Program-made: the position numbers and the translations under genes
Part shown: in pieces, positions 38,269-51,358 of the stretch
Layout of the letters: the number at the start of each line of letters is the position of its first letter
Position numbering within the stretch: position 1 is the stretch's first letter
Notes under the pieces: generated by a model
Told to the model about the DNA's origin: nothing
What the model saw: only the letters and a program-made list of their open reading frames with translations
Database searches by the model: none
Source of the DNA: Chrysomallon squamiferum
Lineage: Eukaryota > Animalia > Mollusca
Length of the DNA: 64,000 nt
NCBI GenBank assembly: GCA_012295275.1
Contig: CM022673.1
Coordinates: forward strand, 26,102,001-26,166,000
Reading direction: 5' to 3'

Positions 38269-40747
38269 CTCTTTCTCTCTCACCCCCCTCTTTAATTTGT
38301 TATAAAGATAGAGTGAGATAAAAACCTGGGCTATGTGAGCTGTGTGGAATTCTGCTGTGGATCGAATCCTGTCCACCCAGTGTTGTCTTTCCCTGGCATC
38401 AGAAGCTGAAACACACAACACACAGTTACAACAACAAGTGTTGAGAAATTCAAACTGATTTCAATACACTACTACTAGTTCAAATAAATATTTCACAGTC
38501 AAACAGAATTTTTTTTACAAAGTATGCTTTAAAACATGTAAAACTTTAAAAAAATGTTTATCCTGAATACCTCTCAAACGATAAATCTCTCCATTAGCTG
38601 CACTGACAGTGAAAGTCTGAGAATCTTCATCTGATGGAGATACTACAGCAGCCTAAATACAGAAATATCACTTAGAAAAAAAAAACTAAATATACGTGAG
38701 ACCTGTCCATGACATATTAATAGAACTGTAGCAATATTTCTAAAATTTCACTGAAGTCATTTAATACTGGAGCTTCTGAATTATTTTTAATTTGCCATGC
38801 CAGCTAACTTATCATAAGCAGAGGACAGATTACATACATTTAAGCAGTAGAATAATTTTTGATTTCATTCAACACTTTCCAACACAAACATATCAGAGCA
38901 TCCTTCTAATTCTAAAACCAAATATTCAATCTGTCAGTTAACTCAATTTAATTTTTTTTTTTATGCACTATAAATCAATCAAAAGTAACTCTTTTATCAC
39001 ATATTTAATTGTATTTCAAAAGAAATAATGAAATTTATCTTGTATCAAAGGGCAAATAATGTGATTATGTTAAAGTATTAAAAGTTAATACTGAATAAAC
39101 ATTTTTTCTGTTGAACTGCAGTATTAAGATGTTTCTGCTTGTTAAAAACAGTCATCTGAAAACTCACTGCAAGATGAACATAACCTCTTGGTCTCTGTTT
39201 CTTGTGTTCTTCTTTCTTTGAAAAAAAGAAATACAACATGAATAGGTTAATATACATTTTTTAATTTTTTTTAATATAAATTTACTGTTGGTAAAAATAG
39301 GTTTTGAAAGGTTCATAAAAAAAAAAAAAAGTTATATTTAAGATAATTATTAATTAATGGAAGTACAGAGAAATCATCAGCATTGTCTTTAAAAGAATCT
39401 GATTCTGAAATAGAACAAATCAAATTAGTAATTGTCAGAAAATATCATTTTAAAATTGATATATTGTTAGGTGAAAAAAAGAAAAAAGACAACAAAGACA
39501 AAAAATAGATGTAAATAAAACAAAACGATGAAACGGAACATGTCAGCTTTCATTTATCAGTTTGTGAAACATGTTATCATTAGCAAAGGATGGTAAAGAC
39601 AAAACATGAAATAATTCTGAAGCACACCAAATATTATTTATGCAATTTTTATGAACCACAAGAGGCACATCATAACAAACAAAGCATACCTCAAAATATT
39701 CTAACATGCCCGATTCTGGATCAAGAAGGAACCAGCGGAACTGCCATCCTTTCATAACATTCGTGTACTTGTTGAGGAGCCCTTCTAAAGGCTGCCTAGA
39801 TAAAATAAAATGAAATTAAATAAAGTTGTTTGAATTTAAATCTTTTTCAAAATAAACTAAGTATGAGAATAACTACTTTACATTACTACTTGAAATTTTT
39901 GGCAACATTTAAACTAAAAAATTGACACTGAACTAAAAAATTAAAAATGTTGGCTGATCCAGTCAAAACATCATCCTTTGAACAAAAAAAAAACGTCTTA
40001 CATTCAAACAATCTACATATTTCTAATTTTTATTACATATCATAATTTATATACAATTTTCTTGGTTATTACCATTAGCAAATGTTATAAATAGTAATTA
40101 TTAATATGTCATTAATGTAATTCCTGTAGATTTGTGAAAGATTAAATATAACTCAAATATGTGTTTTTTTTTATACAACATAATACATTCCTGTCTTGGG
40201 TATAGAATTTGTCTTGTATTGTTGTAACATCAAATGTCTGAAATTAAAATGTTTTCAAATTTCTGAAATACCTCAAATTTAAATTCTTCTTTTCTTCTTG
40301 AGCGGCAAACGCCTAAAGATAAACATTTTTAAAACAAATTAATAATTAATACCTTTAAAAAGAAAAAATATAAAATACTTATTCGAAATGACATGCTGAT
40401 ATTATTATACTGAAACAGTTGTAAGGAACATCTTACTTATGTAACAGAAAAAGAAAAAAAAAGGGGGTTATTTCTTATTATTAGTTTTAAACATCAGTTA
40501 TGACCTGTAGCTTATTAAAACGGTTTTTGTTTCAATTCAGTTATTTGTCATTTCGTGATTTCTTTTAAAACAAACGGCTAATATTCTGAAACAATGATCA
40601 TAATGTGGGCGTGTCATTTAAACAACAAAATACATATACCTTGGCTCTCTCCATGACTGCTATGACCTGGAGTCGCTCTGCGTCGGTTAGACCAGACAAA
40701 TCAGGAAGTTGGCCAAAGGTCAGTTTGTTTTTGTCGGAGGTGGCCAT
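30227..40747 (-). CDS. OSBPL11: oxysterol-binding protein-related protein 10/11-like (PH + coiled-coil + ORD) with an extra N-terminal helix
   Basis: Exons on -: 40747-40640, 40312-40272, 39795-39690 ([25 protein letters not shown]), 39215-39168, 38652-38571 ([25 protein letters not shown]), 38405-38326 ([11 protein letters not shown]), 37990-37851, 37322-37214, 36899-36852, 36240-36160 ([16 protein letters not shown]), linker exon(s) near 35120-35770 (boundaries uncertain), 34636-34503 ([20 protein letters not shown]), 34009-33924 ([15 protein letters not shown]), 33696-33615, 32996-32819 ([22 protein letters not shown] signature), 32503-32393, 32077-31917 ([17 protein letters not shown]), 31636-31517 ([10 protein letters not shown]), 31226-31065, 30619-30554, 30298-30227 (stop). 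Cannot separate OSBPL10 from OSBPL11; likely a co-orthologue of both. Confidence 0.92.
30785..30975. repeat. ~98-bp tandem duplication in an OSBPL11 intron
   Basis: GATTCGAAAATGTGTTTCTGTATAA.ACTGTTTATCAAAGTAATCTTTGCA.ATTAATATTTTAT occurs twice. Confidence 0.9.
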
Positions 40748-41055
40748 ATTCCGACTAAACTTAAATCAGTTAATTTGTTACGTTGCGAATATGTTCAATT
40801 AAAAGCCTATTAACTGGCGACCAGTCAAAAATATGTCAGTGGTACATTCCTTTTAAAAATGGTAAGCATCAAATTGTCAATTTATTGCAAATCTCAATAA
40901 CGGGAAATGGAATAGTCGAAATGGGTTTTAGATTTCAACGTAGATGCCAACTTCAAATTAAAATTTGTTTCACAGGTCTCATCAAACAGTTAAAATGTAA
41001 TTTTATTATGTGTTATTACAATAGAAATTCGTTAAAAATATAAACTAAATAAATA

Positions 41056-41153
<98 letters not shown>

Positions 41154-41170
41154 CACTACTACTACTACTA
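41056..41170. repeat. (TAC)n microsatellite
   Basis: Direct reading. Confidence 0.95.
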
Positions 41171-41555
41171 TTTATTTATTTATTTATTAAAAATGGTTTC
41201 ATCTAAATATTAGAACAACCTCACCAAAAAGAAAAGCCACAGCAAAGAAATTGCAAAACAATTAATTATTTTGTCAATGAAGAAATAAAATCTAAGAATA
41301 CCTGTGCATAAGTAAGCAAATTCCTTTTTAATACCATTTCACATGATTTCCGGTCACGATGAATTTGTAGGTTCATTTATCGGACATCTACTTTATCAAA
41401 TCTGCTTTTTTATTTTTTATTTCTATTATTATTTACATTTATATAGCTTTTGCTGAAATTCATTCTAGGACGTTGCGAGGAAAAACATAAATTAAGAGAT
41501 ATTTTTAGAGCTGTATTCAGTACATTTCGGATTGTCAACAATATATTGTAAATTC

Positions 41556-42259
<704 letters not shown>

Positions 42260-43245
42260 TACCGTAAAACGTTTAATGGTGAATCATGTTTATGTTAAAC
42301 TAATGTTTACGTAATGTTTGCTTATTAATCATAGTGATGGATATTGCACAAAAACTGATAGTGGATGGCTCTGGTTTTAATACTTGCCATCGATCGCAGA
42401 AACTAATTTCGCAGCTTAATTAAATTCAGCATCATCATCGTGTATATATTTCAGTAATCAATACATGTCTTTGATATAACTACCTGACCTATCATGTCCT
42501 TTTCAGACTCACTTACTGAAAAAACAATGAAGATATATAGTCATTTGGCTTGGATTTGTAGCTTTAGAAGACGAAGCAAAATAGTAATTGTTGCCATAAG
42601 CAGTCACTTGTGAACTGTGGCATTTGTATTCAAATAATTTAGAGCCAAGTCGTGTTAACAATAACAATGGAAAGGCTTGTGACAGCGTTAAATATTGTCA
42701 GTCGACAAGTAAATTAAACGCATGTGGTAATGCAGTGCATTTCAAATAGAACAAAGAAAGCTGTTGTTGTTAAAATCATGTTTCCCGGCTGGAAATGCCG
42801 GAGTATGTTTTTTAAAACGTGATTAGTTTTTACTTACTGCTGACGTCAGAAACAATAATGATAACAAGAGCAACAATAATAATTAAATAATTGTAACAAC
42901 AATGATAATGGTATATAATAGGTAAAAAAAGAAAAAACATCATCACCATCACAACCATCATCATAATCATCATCATCGACAACAATAACAACAGTAATAA
43001 TAATAACAACAACAACAACAAAATATACACCCACACACTCATAAAATAAAATAAAATAAACGATAAAAGAAGAAAAAAAAAACACAACAAAAACATCCCA
43101 AAAATAAACAATTAAATTAATAGATATTGTTTGTAATGGCTCAGTAAAACGGTCACACGTCATTAGAACTGGGTAACACAACTTTTATGTAATCATATCG
43201 TGAAAAATCAATGATTATGCACGCCATTATCAATTATAGCAAATA

Positions 43246-43853
43246 CAGTGGAACCGTAATAACTGAATACAGTCGTTACCAAACAAAACAATTTAAGGAA
43301 ATGTTATATTAATTTAAGAAATAATATTTATTTAATTAATCCGTTAAAACAGATTAAAAGCATTTTAAATGCGAAGATGAAAAAGAAGAAGAAGGGTAGT
43401 TACTGCTTGCATGGTGACTCATCTTCCGTAAAAAAAACACGAGATAACTTGTCGTCTGCTATGAATTCTCTTTTCATCTTTATTCCACTGTGGCTGTCAA
43501 TTACTAGCACCTCTTGATATCTTTTTTTCATCACAGATCTTTAAAAAAAAGGTGGACTTGGCCACACGATTTTGAACAGCAAAATCCGATACACTTGAAC
43601 CTTTTTCCCATTTAGAGATAAGTTCCTTTTTTTCAGCTCTCTTGTAGTCATTGTAATCTACTCATGCTTTTCAATAATACTAACTTTCTTTGGTGCCATT
43701 ATGAATGGTTGTATATATATATACAAATATTCAAAAATCATAAAAACATTCAATATAAAATAATCAGAAAGATTCTCACTGAAACGAATTCACAACAGTG
43801 CACGAGATTGAAGATCTTCGTGTATCAAACTATTCGATTTCGAGGGTCCACTG
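43246..43853 (-). mobile_element. Tigger/pogo-like non-autonomous DNA transposon (~608 bp) with a decayed transposase 5' end
   Basis: TA|CAGTGGAACC.. and ..GGGTCCACTG|TA termini (TA target duplication). The - strand from about 43698 reads, across a stop and a frameshift, MAPKKVSIIEKHE*ITMTTRELKK/ELISKWEKGSSVSDFAVQNRVAKST, like the Tigger HTH N-terminus. Confidence 0.78.
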
Positions 43854-44296
43854 TATTTGAATCCGCTTGTACCATGTCGACATATTTATGGGCTGGCTAC
43901 TTTTGTGACAAACAAACTTATGTCCCTAGTTATAAATACGTTTATTATAAGGCGAAAGTGTACAGGTATCGTGTTCGTTTAACAATTTATTATTGTTGTA
44001 AGGTACACAAATAAATATTACGGTCGTTTCTGATGATATCACGCAGACGTGTATTTACGAAAACAAAAGCGACTAAGACTGAGACAATTTTCAGCATTTT
44101 CCATGATTTATTGCCGTTATCTCAACTACTGACATGTTGTAAATCTCCCAAGGATGTGTTAAAGTTAAGACATCTACATCTTAAGCATCTACAAAATATG
44201 TTAATGTTACCTCGTTCCAAAATAATTTTGATTGATGGGAACGTGGTGACAACTCCTGGCATGACAGCATTTGCAATCCTGTCATGATCCCAGCGC

Positions 44297-44386
44297 TATA
44301 AAAACAACCAACCTCTATTTGTCTAACAAACTTCCACCGCAGTCGGATTTATTCTGATTTCGAAAATTACCCTCTCTTAGGTAAGT
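44297..44386 (+). promoter_or_regulatory. TATA box and probable non-coding first exon of the secreted Gly/Met-rich gene
   Basis: TATAAAA at 44297-44303 followed by a consensus donor AG|GTAAGT at 44380/44381. The next acceptor (45821 or 45827) directly precedes the ATG at 45842. Confidence 0.6.
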
Positions 44387-44995
44387 TTATGTGAAATTTT
44401 TCTTACTTACGTCTTTAGATTTGAAACAAAAAGAATAACGGTTTGAAGTTTATCTTTTTATATTTCTCTCTTTATTTTATTTTATTTTTTTACGTCACAA
44501 TGAGAAATGTTTATATGTCTACTGCAGTTATGCAAATGATTTCAAAACTAAATGTTATTTGGTTAATTCATTTATTTAGTATTTTTCTTGCGAAAACTCT
44601 GGCTCGGAAGCTGTTATTTTTGCATTTTCAACAATCACAGGCTTTATCACCCTCGTAACTGCCACGTAATTTCACGATTTGTTCTAAAACGAAAAGCGTT
44701 TATATAAAAGATAACTTGTGGCTAACCGATTAAAACACGTTTTCCGTTTGATGTCATCAATATGAAAAGACAAAACCACAACAACCTTTGCTTAATAATC
44801 ATTTATAAGTAACTCTCTTGACGTAAAAGATAAACTGTCGACAAATCTAAATTCATTCTGTAGTTGTCTTAAGTTATTTAAGTTTTCTTGTGTTTAATTC
44901 GTCTTTCCGATTTCAGTATTAAAAAAATAATAATAATAAGTAAATAAATGCATAAATAAATAATAATAATAATAATGATGATGATGATGATGATG

Positions 44996-45032
<37 letters not shown>

Positions 45033-45036
45033 CAAA

Positions 45037-45068
<32 letters not shown>

Positions 45069-45459
45069 AGAATAAAATAAAATAAAATAAATAAATAAAT
45101 TAGGAAAATTTCTTGCTTATAGTCGATACAGTTTCACATTTTGTTAACACATTATATATTATTCACAATTTTAATATTAATCTAAAAAATTGAAAATAAA
45201 TTTTAATCATTTTTAAATAACAAAAAACAAAACAAAAAAGTTCAGTTATTAAAATGTACTAAAATGTGGTTGTTATTGTCAATGACGTTTTGATATGCAA
45301 TTTTTGTTATTAGAATTGTCGTTGAACGATAATTCAGTTGTTATTTTCTCCATTTTAACGTCGTAGTAGTTGTTTTATTACATACTTTGCTGTTGTTTGT
45401 CGTCACTGATTTACTGCACCCTTTTGTCGTCATGACGTTTGCTTTACTGACGTTTTTTT

Positions 45460-45790
45460 CTTAATTATTTTATTGCAGTCGTCGTAGTTTCATCGCAGTT
45501 TTTTAAAAATTTTATCATCATCGTAGCACTTTTATTGCAATTTTTTGCTTTTATCGTCATCGTCGTACTTTTATTACGATCTATTTTTTTTTTTATCGTC
45601 ATCGTTGTAGTTTTATTGCAGTTTTTTCTTCTTTTCTTTTTTGTCGTCATCTTAAATATACAGCAGTTTTTTTTTAAATCATTTTTCTTTTTTTTTTTTT
45701 TTTTTTTTGTCGTCATCTTAATTATACAGCAGTTCTTTTTAATTTTTTTTTTTTTTTTTTTTTTTTTTATCGTCTTCTTTGCAGTTCTTA
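45460..45790 (+). repeat. degenerate ~40-55-bp repeat (TTTTATCGTCATCGT..TTATTGCAG) upstream of the acceptor
   Basis: About 7 recognisable units, several ending in GCAG followed by a T tract. Confidence 0.65.
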
Positions 45791-45841
45791 TTTTATTGTA
45801 TCATTTATTTGTGTCTCACAGTATCAGGTGCAAAGAGCTTC

Positions 45842-46122
45842 ATGATGTTTCGACTTACGCTTTGTCTCGTTGTCTCGACTCTGGTTTCACAAGCAGTTGG
45901 ACAACAAGGAGGAGGTACTACGGGGACGGGATCAGCAACGTCTGGGGGAACTGCAGGATCATCAGCAACATCAGGGACATCAGCAACATCAGCAACAAGT
46001 GGAACAGGTGGAACAGGAACAGGTACAGGTTCGTTCAATATCCATCACTATGATTAATAAGCAAACATTACTTAAACATTAGTTTAACATAAACATGATT
46101 CACCATTAAACGTTTTACGGTA

Positions 46123-46189
<67 letters not shown>

Positions 46190-46273
46190 CTATATATATA
46201 TATTCTCTTTCTACATTCTTTATACGTCAGTTATCAATTTTAATTTTAGTTTTAATTATTATTGTTATTGTTA

Positions 46274-46320
<47 letters not shown>

Positions 46321-47102
46321 TGTTTTAACAAAGTTTTTAGTTTCACGTGTTGAATATTATTTTTAAAAATCTAACCTTCTGTATAATTCTCTACACCTCA
46401 CTTCAAATTAACTTTCCACAGACAATATTAATTTTTTAAATTATATTTTTCCATTTCTAATTTGTAGCAAGCAATACTAACATCCCAGCTAAAAATCCTG
46501 GTACCCAACCGAAGAATGGAGGTTTGTTCAACATGGGTTTGTTAGGTCTTGCTTCTGGCAGTGATTTCCTGAGAGACATGACCATGCTCGGTATGCTGAC
46601 CAACAACAAACGCCAGCAGGCACCTGGTCAAAGACAAAATTCGGGCCTCGATATGGCGGGTGTTGCCACCGCTTCCGTCCTCACAGGAGCCGATAACATC
46701 TTCAGAAATATGATCATGGCTAAAGCTTTGAGCGGACAAAGGGGTGGTGGTGGTGGATTTGGAGGGGGGTTAGGCGGAGGTTTGTTGGGCACGTTAGCAC
46801 TGACAGGAGGACTCGGCGACAGCTTTCGCAGATTTGCTGGTCTTTCGATGATGACAAGACCCGGCGGAATGTCGAACCCACTCGGTTTGATGTTTGCTGG
46901 TAATGCACTTGACTTAGGATTCGGACTTGGCGGCGACAATATGTTTGGTGCTCTCGCGCTAATGAACATGTCACCTCAGAATTCACAACAACAAACACAA
47001 CAACAACAACAACAACAAGCACAACAACAAGCAGGAGGTTTCGGTTCGAAGAGGGGTCAAAGTATTATGCCCTGGCTGTTTATGGATGGATGGAAAAGGT
47101 GA
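45842..47102 (+). CDS. secreted Gly/Met/Leu/Gln-rich low-complexity protein (~273 aa), shell-matrix or extracellular-matrix-like
   Basis: Exon 45842-46028 (alternative in-frame donor after 46022): signal peptide MMFRLTLCLVVSTLVSQAVG plus a G/T/S/A tract. Phase-1 intron. Exon 46468-47102 is in frame with ORF 46524-47102 and ends SKRGQSIMPWLFMDGWKR*. Coding status is supported by raised GC and phase match; function is inferred from composition only. Confidence 0.85.
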
Positions 47103-48491
47103 TCGACAAACAATGAGAAAAATAAAATATACTTTGAGCGTAAAACCAGTACATCAGTGTTTCAGTCTGTGCTAATATTTTACAATCTTATGAAATAACA
47201 GTTTGCATCGAAGATGGATATCAACGATGAACGTATTTCCGTGGATGTCAGTGTTAAATTCAAGTATTATTTTTTTTTGCTCCTCAAATTAAATTAAACC
47301 TGAACTTAATCCTGACAGTTAATCCAATATTTTACAGCTATTTAAAACATTTTCATTAAAAATTCATCAAAAAGGAAAAGATAAAAAAAATATATATAAA
47401 AAAAAAAAAGAAAAAAAAAAGAAGAAAAAAAAAGCTGACAAAAATTATTGTTATCTTACCATTTCAAACATTATTTTTTTTTGTGATTTTTGTTGCCCTT
47501 TTTTTTTTTTTTTTTCTTTTTTTTTTCTTCATTCTGTTTAATATGATAATAATAATAATAAAAATGTGTTTAAATTCAATGAGTTTTTATTGAAAATGGA
47601 GATTTTACGAACGTATTAGAACATTTTTAAATACTAATATGCCACAGGTTTCAGGCGGAAATATAGAAAACGAATGGCATGGTAACAAAAACAGTGTGTT
47701 CTTATTTGTTTATTTTTTCTGAAAGCTAATTTTGAGACAGGTCCAAAAGTGAAAAATTTAAACTAGTGACAAACCACAACGTTCTTTATTAAGAAATGGT
47801 ATATTAAACGTGCTATTATGATGATTAGACAAAGACATGTATGTAGTTGTAAATACCATTTTTCATCCATTTTTAATTATTACTAAAATTACTACTACTG
47901 TAACAGATGCATAGTTTTAAAATACGTAGTAGATACTGTGTTATTTTGACCCATAAGATTTGAAAACCTGTCTTTAGACTATTTCATCTATCATACTTTA
48001 TAGGCCTGTACAGTATCTTCTTTGTCATTGAATAATAATAATAAAACAAAACAAAACAAAAAAAGATAAGAAAGAGAAAGGTTTTCGAAATGGTTTTCGT
48101 ACAACCCTGGATATAATTTCTTTGTTTATTATTAACAATATTACTACTATAAGCAATTTTCAGTTGAAGGTCCTGGATGGGGAAAGATAAATGAATCTTA
48201 CGACTCACTAGGAGTTCGTGAAAGAAGACTGTCAGAGTGCAGTTGTCCTACAAGTGTCAGAATGATCAACTCAGACACTTTTTTACAAAGCTCTGCTTGC
48301 CTCGGGAACTCGTCAGACACTCGTTCTTCTACCTAAGACGTTTATGTTTTTCCTGTTGTCACTGCAGTCCTTGATTCAGTTCTCCTAGACTGACAATGAT
48401 AGATCCATTTTTTTAATTTAAAAAATCTTTTTTTTTTTTTTTCCAAGGACGTCTTAATTGTCTAAGGACGTATTAATTATTATTATTTAAA

Positions 48492-48572
<81 letters not shown>

Positions 48573-50385
48573 GTTATTAATTAGTATTATTAGTATTATT
48601 ATTATCTAAAATATACATTCAGTATAAATATATCCTGTGCCAGAACCATTCTTACAGAGCGTTTTGCCTTTATACTGAATTTCATATCCCATTATTTTTT
48701 TTTTTAAGGTCTCTGCTGCTTGTGATGTTCTAAAGTGTATCTTGTTTTAGCTTATGGCTAAATCCGGTACAGAATATTACATAACTCAGCAATTTCGCAT
48801 GTCATGATTTGTCTATTGGAGATTAAAATAAAAAGTAATATTTTTTATCAAAGTAAAAATTGTATTTCATCAATTTATTTTTTTTTAACTTTTTTTTTTT
48901 TTATTCTTCTTCTAAAAAGGTGTATGAACTGTACGTATGAATACAAAGCGATTGTTTTATTTCTTTTTAATGGTGATTGTTCGTGTCAGTTTATTCGTTT
49001 AACAAAAACATTAAAAGTGACAGAATTAAGCGGTATTGACAGATGTGCAGTGACATGTCATAAAGAACAATAGTAATCTTTCACAAAATGGTAGATCGCT
49101 TTGATTTTTTATGATGTAACATTTCTGTACGAACCGGAGACCGGAAATGCCAAAATGACAGAGGTGTACACCTGCGCAATACATCCGACGTCACGCGGTT
49201 GATGAATTGTCTCATTTTGACAGGTTATAGCTCAAGTATGATTCTAACCTTGACTTTGACATTGAGGCGATTTCGCTGAAGGCAGTAAAATAATTCAGTT
49301 TCACAAAAAGACAAGATTTGTTTTTGCTTTTGTTTTATTGTTGCTATATATGTTCAGATTTTTTTATTTGAGTTTCTAATTTGTCTTTCTTTTAGTGCGT
49401 GTTCGTATTTTTGGGTGGGTTTGTAAATGTACACGTTCAATGAATAATAAATCAAATATCTGAATCTTCGTGGCGTGGGTAAATATAAATGGAAATAATG
49501 AAAATAAAAAAGGTTTAACGGTACGATTGCTTTTTATTTAAAGTATTGACCAGAAAAAGAAAGTAAATACTGAAAAAGTGATAAATGTAAAAGGCAATAA
49601 GAAAAGAAGCAGAAGAAGAAAAAATAAGACAAAAAGCAAACAGCAACAACAAAAGCAACAACACTAAGAAAAATAACAATAATAAATAAATAAATAAGAT
49701 GTAAACAAAAACAACTAAATAAAATAAAATTTAAAAAAATACATTACACACACATACAAACACACGCACACACACACACACACAAAATAGTAAATAAAAA
49801 ATTAACATATCTACCCTCATTCAACAAACTGTGAACACAGATGCCAACACTGAAAACATATAAAATAAATAATCAGAAAAATAATAATAAAGAATCATTA
49901 AAATCAAAGAAATAAAAAAACACAATTTAAGAGCAACCGACCTAAATTAATGTACAAAAAAGAGAAAATTATGAAATTTAAAAAAAAAAAATTACTGTTA
50001 AAATCCACAGATAAACGAAATAATAATGTATTTACTAAACACTAAAAGCTAGTTAATGTTAGTGAATGACTGTAGATGAGAGAATTAAATATCTGAAAAG
50101 TTTGAATGGAAACTCAGTTTTATACTGTAAGCATTTGTGGCTTTTACTGCATTATTAAAGAAATAATAATAATGGCATCAATACAGATAAGTAAACAAAC
50201 AAAATATTTACTATTCATCGGTATTTTTTTTCCTTTTTCTCGTCACGTATATGTATATGTATGTATATATAAATCATTTCTAGAAGAAAAGAATTAACAA
50301 TTATACCTATAAATTACAGTTAATTTATTTTTTCTACAACAGAGACTGAAAGGAAAGGTTTAATAACAAACATGACATAAACAAA

Positions 50386-50421
<36 letters not shown>

Positions 50422-50438
50422 GCGTTTCAGTTAACTGA

Positions 50439-50527
<89 letters not shown>

Positions 50528-50532
<5 letters not shown>

Positions 50533-51240
50533 TTGGACATGACGGTGGATTAAAATCACCAAAAATGTTGAGTTCGTACAAGCAAGACAAACCAATGACA
50601 ACAAGGTAAATAAAGAGAAAAACAACGCCGACTGTCTTGGACAATTTCCAGTCATTGACAATAAAAACAAGGAAGAGAAATGTGACAGTGGACAGTAACG
50701 TCAAAGAAGAATAGAGCAGACCAGAGCTCATTATTTCTAGATATCCTTTGGAAGTAAAAACCATGTTGTACAGTAGCCACGGCAAACCTAAGCACATTAG
50801 AATATCGAAGACGTTGCTTCCTATTGAGTTTGATACTGCCATATCTCCGTAACCTGCAATTCGAATTTCATATTAGATTTGTTTAAATCATTAGTCAAGT
50901 ATATATATATGAACTGAATGAAATATTATATACATTTTCAAACAAGGTGGAATACTGCTAAAAGGACAGTTTATTTTGATTTTGTTATGGGGTGATCTGA
51001 AGTTTTTGCATCGGAAACGAATACAAAAGATTCACAAGAGTGAGAGTTCTAGAATGCAGTACCTGACATACACATTCCTATCTGAAATATTAATTTTTCG
51101 AAAACTGTTTATTGGAACCAAAACTTAAATTCGAGACCACGTATATATAAAAAGTAAATCTTAAAAACCAGCAGATAATTAAATATATATATATTATAAA
51201 CGAATTTTATTTATTTATTTAACATGGATTATTATTACTT

Positions 51241-51277
<37 letters not shown>

Positions 51278-51326
51278 AACTACTACTACAACTACAACTA
51301 CTACTACTACTACAATTACAACTAAA

Positions 51327-51358
<32 letters not shown>

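Noticed and set aside
46542-47022. Antisense ORFs over the Gly/Met-rich gene
   Set aside because: Shadows of a GC-richer low-complexity coding exon on the + strand.
48200-48410. GC-richer block with a - strand GTGAGT donor between the matrix gene and NCKX
   Set aside because: No sustained ORF or recognisable motif. It could be a UTR exon or repeat fragment but cannot be supported.
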